A stretch of 60,083 nt of DNA, the filler included, from Hausera hauseri (lineage: Eukaryota), in NCBI GenBank assembly GCA_046269625.1. It is 10 parts of 10 records of this genome, joined end to end, with 100 filler letters (N's around TTAATTAATTAA, not from the genome) between each part and the next. Parts side by side here need not be neighbours in the genome. Positions count along the whole stretch, not along the records: positions 39,441 to 45,721 come from JBJURY010117431.1; positions 45,822 to 53,937 come from JBJURY010764317.1; 8 more parts are not named here. One strand, 5' to 3'. The notes below the pieces were generated by a model. It made no database searches. It had not been told where the DNA came from and was given only the letters and a program-made list of their open reading frames with translations. The position numbers and the translations under genes are program-made. Below, piece by piece: positions 39,655-52,755 of the stretch; within the stretch, counting starts at the first letter, position 1, and each line of letters begins with the position of its first letter.

Positions 39655-40569
39655 GTAAAATCAGGAGTCAGGGAGTCAAGGAAGTCTTCGAAGGATTTCT
39701 TAGCAGTAGCTTGATCTTTGAAGGTTTTCTCCTTCAAGAAGCGGTGGAGATGGTAGAAGAGGTTGACAGGTCCGGTGAGTAAAGCGGGTGCGACAGAGTT
39801 TCGTAGCCCAACTACATCAGCTTTAGGAGTATCACTTTTGACACGTGGGGTCTGGCATTGTCATTGAGGAATATAGTACCTTTTTGATTGACCAGTGCTG
39901 GTTGAAGACGTAAGATTTTCTTGTGCATTTTATCGATTAGGCGACATTATATCTCGTTTTCACCTGGATTCAGAAAACTATAATGGACAACTCCAGCGGC
40001 AGACTACCAAACTATCAACATAACCTTCTTGATGTGCTATTATGTTTGGGAAATTGTTTTGGAGGTTCACCTTTATCCAACTACTGACCCGCACGTCGTC
40101 TGTTGTCATGAATAATCCATTTTTCATCGCACGTAACAATGCAATAAAGAAATGGTTCGTTTTTATTGCGCAGAAGAAGCGATGAACACAATTCATAGCG
40201 GTGATTTCTCTATTTTTCGTCCAGTTCATGCGGCACCCACTTCTCTAGCATCTTGGATTTACCCAGTTGGTACATGTGCTCACAAACTGTTGCTGAACTA
40301 ACTCCTATTTGCTCTACAAGCTCCACAACAGTTTGGCGCGGATCAGCTTCGACCAAAACTTTCAATTCGTCGTTGTCAACTGCATAGGGACGACCAAATC
40401 TTACTTCATCCTCGAGGCTTTCATCTGCCCCACGGAATTTTACAAACCAACGTTGCACAGTTCTTTCATTTACATTGTCTTTTCCAAAGGCACAGTTTAC
40501 ATTACGGCTAGCTTCAGCTGCATTATGACCGAGTTTGAACTCGTATAAAAAATTGGGCATTATACACAT
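39655..40569 (-). pseudogene. mariner (DD34D) transposase pseudogene
   Basis: FLYEFKLGHNAAEASRN (HTH), WVPHEL, VTCDEKW, DNARPH and YSPDL motifs with multiple frameshifts. Confidence 0.93.
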
Positions 40570-41077
40570 TACGTGCTCCTTTCAATTTCAACGATATCAT
40601 AATCCTCTTTTTTCTATAATTGTTGAAGCTTTCCTTAGATTTAGGATACTTTTGCAAAGCTTCTCGTAAATGTTCCATAGCCGGTGTCCAAACGAATTCA
40701 TCACGAAACCAAGCCTTACCGTACTTTGCAGGTTTCGACGGCATACGTTGGCACGTTAAAACGTATGTAGATTAATGTATTAAAATATTAGATGGTCATA
40801 AAACCCGTTTGATATAGTAAAATATTTAAAATGTTATTTGAACAATATTCAAATACTCATAATCGACAATTGGCACATAATAACATATTTCTGTGTTCAA
40901 AAATGTCATCATTTATTTGCCATGTACTAGAAATATTTAAAGATTCCATAAATGTTCAGTTCATATTCATTAACCATGATTGTTTATCCTTAATTAACGA
41001 TACCACTAATATGAAATTAAAGAAACCAGTAACTAACATTCTCAACATTCTTCAATGAGGCTGAAAAATATTTGCAT

Positions 41078-44000
41078 CTAAATATTAGAAAAATCAAATA
41101 GGTAGACAAATAACACTGACTTATTCAAGACATCTTGTGCTCGACTTAAACTTTCGTTACTTTCATTAATACAGGACAAGGCATTTGAGCGTACATCACG
41201 GGATACTCCCAATAAATTCATATTTTGCTTATGAATGTTTGTGTAAACATCGTCTGAGTAATCATTTGACACATTAAGCGACGAAACGTCGGATGAATTT
41301 AATGAAATATCACTGGGATGTGCTAACGGAGAACTGTTCCACTGTGACTCGAACAACCCCACCTTACAGCCAATGTTTTCAACCATGGAGCACATGTCAT
41401 TTGCGTTACGGCAATAATCATCAACGTTAGAATCAAAACTACCATAGAAAGGATACGAATCCAATATATTAGAGACTTGGCCTTTCAAAAAGAAAATTTG
41501 CTTTCCAATAGCATCAATCCAGAAAGCAGGGCGATTATGAGCTAGATCACAGTTGGGATCAGATAAGTCATTTAGATCAGGATTAAGAAGCTGATGAATT
41601 TCAGATGAAGATAATTCAGCAGATACAAGACAATCGGAAAATATTCCAGGAACGGAACTTCCAATTGCTTTCATGTTCGATTCAATCGACGTAGACGGAT
41701 TCTCAACATTTGAAATGTAAGCATATACATAAAAATAACGCGACAAAACATGTACTACATTATTGATAAGATCACGGGGTAAAACTATTAAATTATCTGA
41801 TTCACCAGAACAGAATGAACAAAGTTTAGAAAACGATTCTAACAAACGAAATTCATCGGATGATTGCAAATCCGAAGGGAACTCAGAACACCTCAACATT
41901 GTCTGCAAAACGGAATCTACAGAATTAACAAATGAACGCAAATCAGACCCCTTTAAAGATACTACATCAAAATCAGCCGGAGAACCATCAGGTTGCTTAT
42001 AAGACGTAAGAATTGAAGAAGAAATGGCCTTAATAAATAACGGTGATAATGGAGGAAAAAGATTAAAAAGATGCGCAAGATTAGACACAACATCTCTCGA
42101 GAAAACAATAGAGTCTTCTCCATTGCAAATGGAACAGTAAATGGAAGATTGAACAAATTGCAATAACCTCAACTGATTTTCAGTAATGTGCTCCTTTTCG
42201 GATTCAGCAGCAGATGAAAAGTGTTTTAACAACTTATCAACACAGTAATTTAAGTGGGAAAAATACAATCCTCTAATACAAATTTCAGGTTCTTCAGAAA
42301 CCATGAGAATATCGCGCAAAATATCATGAATAGGTTTACAGTTTACACATTCGTTTTCTTCCAGAGAAAACGAAATAGATCCCACTAATTCTTGCGACTT
42401 TGCGACATTATCACGATACTGAAATGTACCGCCAATATCCCGATTCAATACGCACTCTGATTCCTTTAACGTTCCCGTAACATTTAATAGTTCTTCTCCG
42501 CCTTTAGCATCCTTTCCACCATTTTCTTTAGCTTCCTTAACAATCATTGCAGCATTCTCAACTGCTTTTCTTTTAGCATTCACTTCATCTTCAACGATGT
42601 CTTCAACAATGTCTCGGTTGGCTTTCAACATCGGATCAACCTGGTCAAATAATTCCGTTTTCTCTAATAATTCAGCTAATTCTGCTACATCACTTCGACT
42701 GAAAGCAACGCTTCTCTCGCCTGTTTCAGTTGCGCCTTGCAAAATCCCTTGAATGGACTCAAGCATTTGTCGCTGCTTTATGGTTTCTGGATCGTTCTCC
42801 GATTTGTCACTTTTCATCAGTTTCTTTTCTAATTTATCAGCAGTCTTACGCAATTTCGACAAATCCTTTCCTTTCACTGTAATCTTTTCATCATCCTTAC
42901 TTTCAAGAACATCTCGTAATATTTCATGAATTGGCTTCTTTCGTTTTGCTTCCTCTGCTTCTCGATATGCTACAATTTTATTACCAAGACCTTCTACTCC
43001 AGATGCACTTTCAACTGCTTCAAACAACGCATTCAATAGGGGTTCACTTACTTTTGGCTCAAGCGTCATCACATCTTCACTTTCTGATAATCCTTTGCCT
43101 AAAATATTTTCGATTACTTCTAATCTTCCTTCATTCACATCATCTTTCAATATTTCCTTCGCAACTCGAATAGCCTCAAAAATATTTTCCACATCTTTCT
43201 TATCTAGTTCTGCATTTTCATCTTTCTTTTCTTCATCGGTTAAACATTTTACAGCTTCTAGGAGTTTTTCACAATTCCAATCAGCTTTCCCCACGTTCGC
43301 ATCTACCTTTTCCGTTAACGCCTCAAGTTTCTCCAATGATCCAATATCCACTTTCACAGCTACGCCCTTTTCCACCTTCGACTTTAAATCTCCAATTATA
43401 TCCTCAACTGCTTTCAAATCTTTCTGATTCAATATGGACTCTGATTCCTTTAACTTTTCCATAACAAGTACTAGTTCTTCTGCGTCTTTAGCATCCATTT
43501 CACCACTTTCTTTCGCTTCCTTAACAATCATTGCAGCTTTCTCAACGGCTTTTCGTTTAGCATTCACTTCATCTTCAACGATGTCTTCAACAATGTCTCG
43601 GTTGGCTTTCAACATCGGATCAACCTGGTCAANNNNNNNNNNNNNNNNNNNNNNNNNNNNNNNNNNNNNNNNNNNNNNNNNNNNNNNNNNNNNNNNNNNN
43701 NNNNNNNNNNNNNNNNNNNNNNNNNNNNNNNNGAACATCTCGTAATATTTCATGAATTGGCTTCTTTCGTTTTGCTTCCTCTGCTTCTCGATATGCTACA
43801 ATTTTATTAACAATATCTTCTACTCCAGATTCTCTTTGCATCTGAGTCTTTATATCGCCAAGTATATTGCCCACTGTTGTCAAATCTTTGTGATGCAATG
43901 TTGAATCTGATTCGTTTTCTTTTAGTTTTATCTCACTTTTGTCTGTGGGCTTATTGTGTCTTTCTTTGTTATATTCAGTTTTTTTATCATTCGCGTGCAT

Positions 44001-45600
44001 TTTTGTTATTGTTTGTTTTATGTTTGCGCTTTCGTTTTTCGTTTTGCTTGTTCTTTTTTCTGTCACATCATCTTCTTCTTGCGATGTTTCTAATATCTGA
44101 TGTTTTCTTTGTCGTGTGTAATCTTTCATGTTCTTTTGGTTTGTTTCAGACTGTTTCTTACTTTCGATTTCTAAATGTGTTGAAATAGAATTTTTATGTT
44201 TTTCATGCTCAGCTTCATCCCCATCCTCAACATAATTGTCTGAATTCATTTCGCGGGAACTCGAATATTCGGGAACATTGCTAATGATTTCGTAGCAGTC
44301 TGTTATTGAATTATTTCTGTTAGTTTCACTTCGTTCATAATCATTTGTTGTTTCCATCTCGTCTAACATGTCGGTTTTTAATTCTTCTGTGTAATGAGGA
44401 GCACTCATTCTTTTATCTGTAAGATGTCTATCAAATATATCATTATCTGTGTAGCTAATATCTGTGTAGCTAATATCTGTTGTTCCAATAATCGTAAAAT
44501 TATCTGAAGTATTTCTATAATGTACATCGTTAATTTCGAAAGGTTCAATTTGAATGAGATCACTGTACTCTAAATTATCATCATCATCCGTGTCTTCAAT
44601 TTCTTCATCTTCCTCTATAGTTTGAAGAAGTTCATTAATGCATCTTACTTCATTTTCATCACACATAATTTTGTTTGAATTGGTCTTGATTTCATTGAGT
44701 ATATCTATTAGATTCGATATTTTAGTTTTGTCTTTGTGCCCATCTAATCCCTTCTGTATTATGGCGCCCAATGTTCCGACTAATTTCTCATTGTCTTCGA
44801 TAAAGCCGTTATCACTTATCAAATAATGCACGATTTCAACATCTTCGTAGAATGGATCTGGAACTGCTTTACTTTCGTTAATGTGTCGTTTTATTGTCGT
44901 GCTCACCTTCAGAATTTCAAGAGCTCTCAACACGGATTTAGCTTCTTCGGCCTTCAGTTTCAAAACAATTTCATTTTCTGAATATTCTTTTGATTCGATC
45001 GCGTCATTTAAAATTTCGTAAGCAACATTGATCTCGCCGATTTCCGATTCGCTTAATAAATTATGTTCGTCATATTCAGAAAATCTATCTGTAAATACAT
45101 GTATGACCTTTTCAATATCTTGAACCAATTGCTGATTTATCTTAACTACTTTATCGGGATCAGAATCCGAACTGACAGTAATTTCGAGTTTTTTCATTGT
45201 TTTTTTAATAGAATCAATTAAATCGGCTTCTGTTAACGTCTTCCCGCCGATAGCTATGTATACTTCGTCAGACAGCTCAATTTCTTCTTCGTCATCACTA
45301 TCGGATGTTTGTTCTCCAAAATAGAGCATTATTTTTTTCATTAATACATCTTTATCAAAATTTGATATATCAAGCATACTTTCAACACGTTTACCAGGAA
45401 AGTTTACTTCTTTAAACTTTTTCAAGCTTTTCTGTATAAATTCTGGTTTGTCTTTTGAACTCCGGTTGGCGTCAATTAAGAAATCAGCAAGAGATGAAGC
45501 CTTGCGTTTTAAAACGTTCTCAATTTCACATGAGTATCTGTTAAGTCTACCAGCTACAAAGAAAGACTTGTTAAAATGAGATATATCCTTTGTGCAAAAG
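41078..45600 (-). CDS. Very large acidic, helical protein with long internal repeats; spans an assembly gap; function unknown
   Basis: Open frames on both sides of the 43633-43732 gap. Identical blocks IVAYREAEEAKRKKPIHEILRDV and DQVDPMLKANRDIVEDIVEDEVNAKRKAVE recur, the latter with ~984-nt period. Start site uncertain. Confidence 0.75.
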
Positions 45601-45821
45601 TTAAGACAGTAATTAAAACCAAGTGAAAAAAGAACAAATACATAATAAACATTTCATATCTCATAAACATATAATTAAAACATTTGACGATATTGATAAT
45701 CTTTTAAATAAAGCATTAAATNNNNNNNNNNNNNNNNNNNNNNNNNNNNNNNNNNNNNNNNNNNNTTAATTAATTAANNNNNNNNNNNNNNNNNNNNNNN
45801 NNNNNNNNNNNNNNNNNNNNN

Positions 45822-48800
45822 AACGGAATTTTTGGCGCAGAATTGGTTTCAGTATTCCCATCTCCCAGAACAGAGCCCCATGAACAGGGGAATTTTTGAC
45901 TCAGAATTGGTTTCACTCCTCCCGTTCCCTAGAACAAAGACGCATCAAAAAGGAATTTTTGGCGCAAAATTCGTTTCACTGTTCCCAGCACCTAGAGAAA
46001 AAGCCCAAGAACAAAGTCCACCCACTGTATCAATGGAATTTGGGCGCAGATGGATTTGACTATTCCCAGTCCCTAGAAAAAAGACTCAGAAAAATGGAAT
46101 TTTTGGCGCAGAATTAATTTCCCTATTCCCACCACCTAGAATAAAGATTCAACAACAAAGGAATTTTTGGCGCCGAATGGGTTTCAGTATTCCTATGCCT
46201 CAGAAAACAGCCCAAAGAACAACGGAATTTTTGGCGCAGAATTGGTTTCACTATTGCCACCACGTAGAATAAAGCTTCAACAACAAAGGAATTTTTGTCA
46301 CAGAATGGGTTTCACTATTCACACACCCTAGAAGAAAGCCTCAATAAAAGAGACCACCCATATAGAACAAATTAATTTCTGGCGCTGAAAGGATTTCACT
46401 ATTCCCATGCTTAGAATAAAGTCCCAAGAACAAAGCCCACCCACTGGAACAAAGGAGTTTGGGCGCAGAATGGATTTGACTATTACCAGTCCCTACTACA
46501 AAGACCCAGAACAAAGGAATTTTTGGCGCAGAATTGGTTTCAATATTCCCACCACATAGAATAAAGCTTCAGCAACAAAGGAATTTTTGTCGCAGTATGG
46601 GTTTCACTATTCCCACCCCCTAGAACAAAGCCTCAAGTACAAAGGAATTTTCGGCGCAGAAAGGGTTTCAGTATTCCCATCCCCCAGGAGAGAGCGCCAA
46701 GAATAACGGAATTTTTGACGCACAATTGGTTTCCCTATTCCGACCACGTATAATAAAGCTACAACAACAAATGTATTTTTGGCGCAGAATGAATTTCACT
46801 ATTCACAGCCCTTAGAACAAAGCCCCAAAATCAAAGGAAATTTTAGCGCAGAATGAGTTTCACTATTCCCAGTGGGTAGAACAAAGACCCAGAACGAAGG
46901 AAATTTTCGCGCACAATGGGTTTCAGTATTCAGATCCACCAGAACAGAGCCCCAAGAACAACGGAATTTTTGGCGCAGAATGGGATTCCCTATTCACATC
47001 TCCTAGAGGAAGGCCTGAAGAAAAAGGACCACCCACCTAGAACAAATTAATTTCTGGCGCAGAATGAGTTTCACTATTCCCACCCCTTAGAACAAAGCCT
47101 CAATAACAAAGGAATTTTTGGAACAGAATTGGTTTCACTATTCCCAGTCCCTAGAACAAAGACCCAGAACAAAGGAATTTTTGGAGCAGAATGAGTTTCA
47201 CTATTCCCACCCCCTAGAACAAGCCCCGAGAACAAAGGAATTTTCGGCGCAGAATGGGTTTCGGTATTCCCATGCCCCAGAAGAGAGCCCCAAGAACAAC
47301 GGAATTTTTGGCGCAGAATTGGTTTCAGTATTCCCATCTCCCAGAACAGAGCCCCATGAACAGGGGAATTTTTGGCTCAGAATTGGTTTCACTCCTCCCG
47401 TTTCCTAGAACAAAGACGCATCAAAAAGGAACTTTTGGCGCAAAATTTGTTTCACTGTTCCAAGCACCTAGAGAAAAAGCCCAAGAACAAAGCCCACCCA
47501 CTGAAAGAAAGGAATTTGGGCGCAGAATGCATTTGAGTATTCCCAGTCCCTAGAAAAAAGAATCAGAAGAATGGAATTTTTGGCGCAGAATTGGTTTCAC
47601 TATTCCCACCCCAAAGAACAAAGCCCCAAGAACAAAGGAATTTTTGGCGCACAATAAGTTTCAGTATTCAGATCCACCAGAACAGGGCCCCAAGAACAAC
47701 GGAATTTTTAAAGCAGAATGGGATTCCCTATTCACATACCCTAGAACAAAGCCTCAATATAAAAGTCCCCATACCTTAAACAAATTAATTTCTGGCGCAG
47801 AATGAGTTTCACTATTCCCACCCCTTAGAACAAAGTCCGAAGTACAAAGCCCACGAACTGGAACAAAGGAATTTGGGCGCAGAACGGATTTGACTATTCC
47901 CAGTCCCTAGAAAAAAGATTCAGGAGAATGGAATTTTTGGCGCAGAATTTCTTTCACTATTCCCACCACCTAGAATAAAGCTTCAGCAACAAAGAAATAT
48001 TGGCGCAGAATGAGTTTCACTATTACCAGCCCCTAGAACAAAGACCCAGAACAAAGGAATTTTTGGCGCAAAATTGGTTTCACTGTTCCCAGCCCCTAGA
48101 ACAAAACCCCATGAACAAAGCCCACCCACTGGTACATAGTAATTTCGGCGCGGAATGGATTTTAGCATTCCCACTCCCTAAAAAAATTCTCAAAAGAAGG
48201 GAATTTTTGGTGCAGAATTGGTTTCACTATTTCCACCACCTAGAACAAAGCTTCAACAACGAAGGAAATTTTGGCGCAGAATTGGTTTTACTATTCACAT
48301 CCCCTAGAAGAAAGCCTAAAGAAAAAAGACCACCCACATAGAACAAATTAATTTCTGGCCCAGAATGGCTTTCACTATTCCCATAGCCTAGAAAAGAACC
48401 TCAAGAACAAAGGAATTTTCGGCGCAGAATGGGTTTCACTATTCCCACCACGCAGAATAAAGCTTCAACAACAAAGGAATTTTTGGCACAGAATGAGTTT
48501 CACTATTCCCACCACGCAGAATAAAGCTTCAACAACAAAGAAATTTTTGGCGCAGACTGGGTTTCACTATTCCCACCCCCTAGAACAAAGCCTCAAGAAC
48601 AAAGAAATTTTCGGCGCAGAATGGGATTCCCTATGCACATTCCCTAGAAGAATGCCTCAAGAAAAAAGACTACCCACATAGAACAAAGGAATTTTTGGCG
48701 CAGAATGAATTTTTCTATTCCCGCCCCCTAGAAAAAAGCCTCAAGAACAAAGGAAATTTTGGGGCATAATGGATTTCACTATTCCCACTCCCTAGAAAAA

Positions 48801-51683
48801 CCTCAGAAGAAGGGAATTTTTGGCGCAGAATTGGTTTCACTATTTCCACCACATAGAACAAAGCATCAACAACAAAGGAATTTTTGTCGCAGAATGGGTT
48901 TCACTATTCACACCTCGTAGAAGTAAGCCTCAAGAAAATGTCCACCCAACTAGGACAAGGGCCCAAGAGCAAAGCCCACACACTGGTACAAAGGAATTTT
49001 GGAGCAGAATGGATTTCACTATTCCCACTCCCTAGAAAAAAATACTCAGAAAGAAATAATTTTTGGCGCATAATTGGTTTCACTATTCCCATCCCCCAGA
49101 AAAAGCCCCGGAACAGAGGAATTTTTGGCGCCGAATGGCTTTCATTATTCACACCCCCTAGAACAAAGCCCCAAGGATAAAGGCCACCCAACTAGAACAA
49201 AGGAATTTTTGGCGCAGAATTGGTTTCACTATTCCCACCCCTAGAACATTTGTCCAAGAACAAAGCCCACCAACTGGACTAAAAAAATTTTGGAGCAGAA
49301 TGGATTTCACTATTCCCACCCCCTAGAACAAAGGCCCGAGAACAAAGACCACACACTGGAACATAGGAATTTAGAAGCAGAATGGATTTCACTATTCCCA
49401 ATACCTAGAACAAATACCCAGATCAAAGGAATTTTTGGCGCAAAATTGGTTTCACTATGCACACCCTCTAGAACAAAAGCCCAATAACAAGGCCCTCCAA
49501 CTGAAACAAAGGAATTTTGGAGCAAATTTTTTTCACTATTCCCACTCCATAGAATAAAGCCGAAGAACAAAGGAAGGTTTGGCGCAGAATGGGATTCACT
49601 ATTCACGCCCCCTAGAACAAAGCGCCAAGGATAAATTCCACCCAACTAGAACAAAGGAATTTTTGCCGCAGAATGGGATTCATTATTCACACGCCCTAGA
49701 AGAAAGCTTCAAGACAAAAGACCACCCACCTAGAACAATGGAATTTTTGGCGCAGAATGGCTTTCAATATTCCCACCGCCTAAAACAAAGGCCCAAAAAC
49801 AAAGCCCACCCACGGGAACAAAGGAATTTTAGAGCAGAATGGATTTCGTTATTCCCAGTCCCTAGAACAAAGACCCAGATAAGAGCAATTTTTGGCGCAA
49901 AATTGGTTTCACTATTCCCACCACGTAGAACAAAGCCCAAAGAACAAAGGATCTTTTGGCGCAGAATGGGTTTCACTATTCCCATCCCCCAGAAATAAAC
50001 CCCAAGAAGAAAGGAATTTTTGGCCCAGAATGAGTTTCACTCTTCACACCTCCTAGATTAAAGCCCCAAGAGCAAAGAAATTTTTGGCGCAGAATGGGTT
50101 TCAGTATTCCCACTCCCTAGAACAAAGACCAAAAGAAAGGAATTTTTGCCGCAGAATGGGTTTCAGTGTTCCCATCTCCTAGAACGAATACCCAGGGCAA
50201 AGTAATTTTTCGGGCACAGTGGGTTTCACTACTCCCACTCCCCAAAACAAAGACCCAGAACAGAGGAATTTTTGGAGCAGAATGAGTTTCACTATTCCCC
50301 ACCCCGCCCTCCCTAGAAATGCCCCAAGAACAAAGGAATTTTGGCGCAGAATAGATTTCACTATTCCCACCCCCTAGTACAAAGGAATTTTTTGTGCAGA
50401 ATGGGTTTCACTATTCCCACCACTTAGAACATGGATTCAACAACAAAGGAATTTTTGCCGCAGAATGAGTTTCACTATTCCCACCCACTAGAAAAATCCC
50501 CAAGAACAAAGGAATTTATTGCGCAGAATGGGCTTCACTATTCCCATCCCCAAGAACAAAGATACAAGAACAAAGGAATTTTTGGCCCAGAATGGGTTTC
50601 AGTATTCTCACCCCCTAGAAAAAAGCCCCAAGAACAAAGGAATTTTTTGCGCAGAATGGGCTTCACTATTCTCATCCCCCAGAACAAAGCTGCAAGAACG
50701 AAGGAAGTTTTGGCGCAGAATGGGTTTCATTATTCCCTTGCTCTAGAACAAAGCCGCAAGAACAAAGACCATCCCCCTAGAACAAAGCAAATTTTTGGGC
50801 AGAATGGGATTCACTATTCCCTCCCCCTAGAACAAAGACCCAGAACAAAGGAAGTTTTGACGCAGAATGGCTTTCACTATTAGCACCGCACGATCAAACA
50901 CCGAATACAAAGAAATTTTTGGCGCAGAATTGGGTTCACTATTCCACCCCATAGAACAAGGCACCTGAGCAAAGGAATATTTGGCGCCGAGTAAGTTTTA
51001 CTATTCCCACCTCCTAGAACAAATACTCAAAACAAAGAAATTTTTGGAGTAGAATTGGCTTCATTTTTCCCACTCCCTAAAACAAAGTCCCAAGAAAAAG
51101 GTATTTTTGGCGCAGAATGGATTTCAAAATTCCCACGCCCTAGAACAATCATACAGTACAAAGGAATTTTTGGCGCAGAATGGGTTTCAGTATTCCCTTC
51201 CTCTAGAACATAGCCGCAAGAACAAAGACCACACCCCTAGAACAAATAATTTTTTGGGCAGAATGGCTTTCACTATTCCCGCTTCCTAGAACAAAGATCA
51301 AACAAAAAAGGAATTTTTGGCGCAGAATGAGTTTCAGTATTCCCATATCCCAGAAGAAAGCCCTAAGAACAAAGTAATTTTTGGCGCAGAATGGGATTCA
51401 CTATTCCCACTCGCTAGAAAAAAGACAGAGAACAAAGGAATATTTGGCGTAAAATTGGTTTCCTTATCCTCATTCCCTAAAAAAAAGGCCGAAGAACATA
51501 ACCCACCCACTGGAACAAAGGAATTTTGGCGCAGAATGAATTTCACGATTCCCACTCCCTAGAAAAAAGACTCAGAACGAAGGAATTTTTGGCACAGAAT
51601 GGGTTTCACTATTCCCGCCCCCTAGAAAAAAGCCCCAAGAACAAAGGAATTTTTGGCGCAGAATTGGTTTCACTATTCCCACT
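45822..51683. repeat. Complex tandem satellite, ~63-64-bp monomer with ~80-bp variants
   Basis: Consensus approx. AACAAAGGAATTTTTGGCGCAGAATGGGTTTCACTATTCCCACCCCCTAGAACAAAGCCCCAAG repeated for ~5.9 kb from the contig edge. Confidence 0.97.
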
Positions 51684-51693
51684 ATTATTATAT

Positions 51694-52755
51694 ATGGATT
51701 TGAGAAATTACAAATTTGTAATGGCTGATCAAGAAGTCCTGTTATGGACAAAATCAGGCACATTAAATTTTATGCGAAATATCAACAAAGTTGATGAAAA
51801 AGAGATATCAATCTATGCGGGCAAATTCGAGGGCCATGCCTTTGGCTCCTCATCCAAAATCATAAAGAATTCAGGCCAAAAAAGGCTTCGGAAACATAAG
51901 CGATTTAAAATGTCCCAATCGTCTTATTTACAAAAACAGATACATTATTTTCAATCAGAAGAATCCATTCAAAAGAATCATGAATTATTAACCGTTCTAG
52001 ATAACTTACAGATTGCCAAACTGATAGACGAATATGAGCAACTTATTAACGTTAAGTCTGACCATCTAAATGTTGTGGTACCAAGATGGATTAATTGTCA
52101 ACATTCATATTGGCTTGAGTTTGGTGAAAAGGCTTATGTAAAGATTTCCGAACACTTCGAAAAAGCATGGCTAACTCTAGAAAATTTGGTATTAGAGTGC
52201 AATGACATTGAAAACATATTAAGTGATGATGAATTGAATTACACAAATTTTGAAATGGACCAGTTAGAATTTAAAGGGTTAGAAATGGCATCTGTGTCTA
52301 TATTTCAGCATATTTCTGAAACTAAAACACAACTTAATGACGAGAAAATATGTGAAAAAAGTATATCAGATCTCGAAGGTGCTGATCAGTTAAATTTATT
52401 GACCGTTCCAAAACTCATTCGCCGAGATACGTTTGCTTCATTTGGAGATATCAGTTCTTTGGATGGTTGTGATTTAAACGAAATTATAGCTAAATTGAAA
52501 AACACTCAAAGCTCAAATTTAATACAGAAATGGAAATCCACTGATGCTTTTACGTTTGAAGTTAGAGGCAAAAATGTATCGAATACGAACGACTTTGATT
52601 TGTTACCCAGGTCCGAGTTTCATCAAGGATCAGAGAGTTGGCTACAAATCCTAGATAAATTCTCGAAGAAAATTGATGACGGAACTGTGCCACCGTTTGC
52701 AGAGAAAGATAATACGTACGCCGAAAAACATTTAATCATTCCAGGGACGTTGAAG
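51694..52755 (+). CDS. Exon of an unknown protein (~354 codons)
   Basis: Long stop-free frame in AT-rich DNA with protein-like composition, ending at a plausible donor (AAG|GTATTT, 52756). No recognisable domain. Confidence 0.55.

Noticed and set aside
40523-40744. piggyBac transposase gene (MPSKPAKYG motif)
   Set aside because: Only about 9 residues match and no other motif is present; at most a tiny relic.
43629-43753. ORF starts and ends predicted across the N gap
   Set aside because: Frame through the 100-N gap is arbitrary; both sides are treated as one gene of unknown repeat number.
45822-51683. CRISPR-like array
   Set aside because: The variable parts are homologous to each other rather than unique spacers, the core itself varies, the context is eukaryotic and no cas genes are present.
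45832-51763. Many short ORFs within the satellite
   Set aside because: Monomer lengths are mostly not multiples of 3 and stops are scattered; these are by-products of the repeat.
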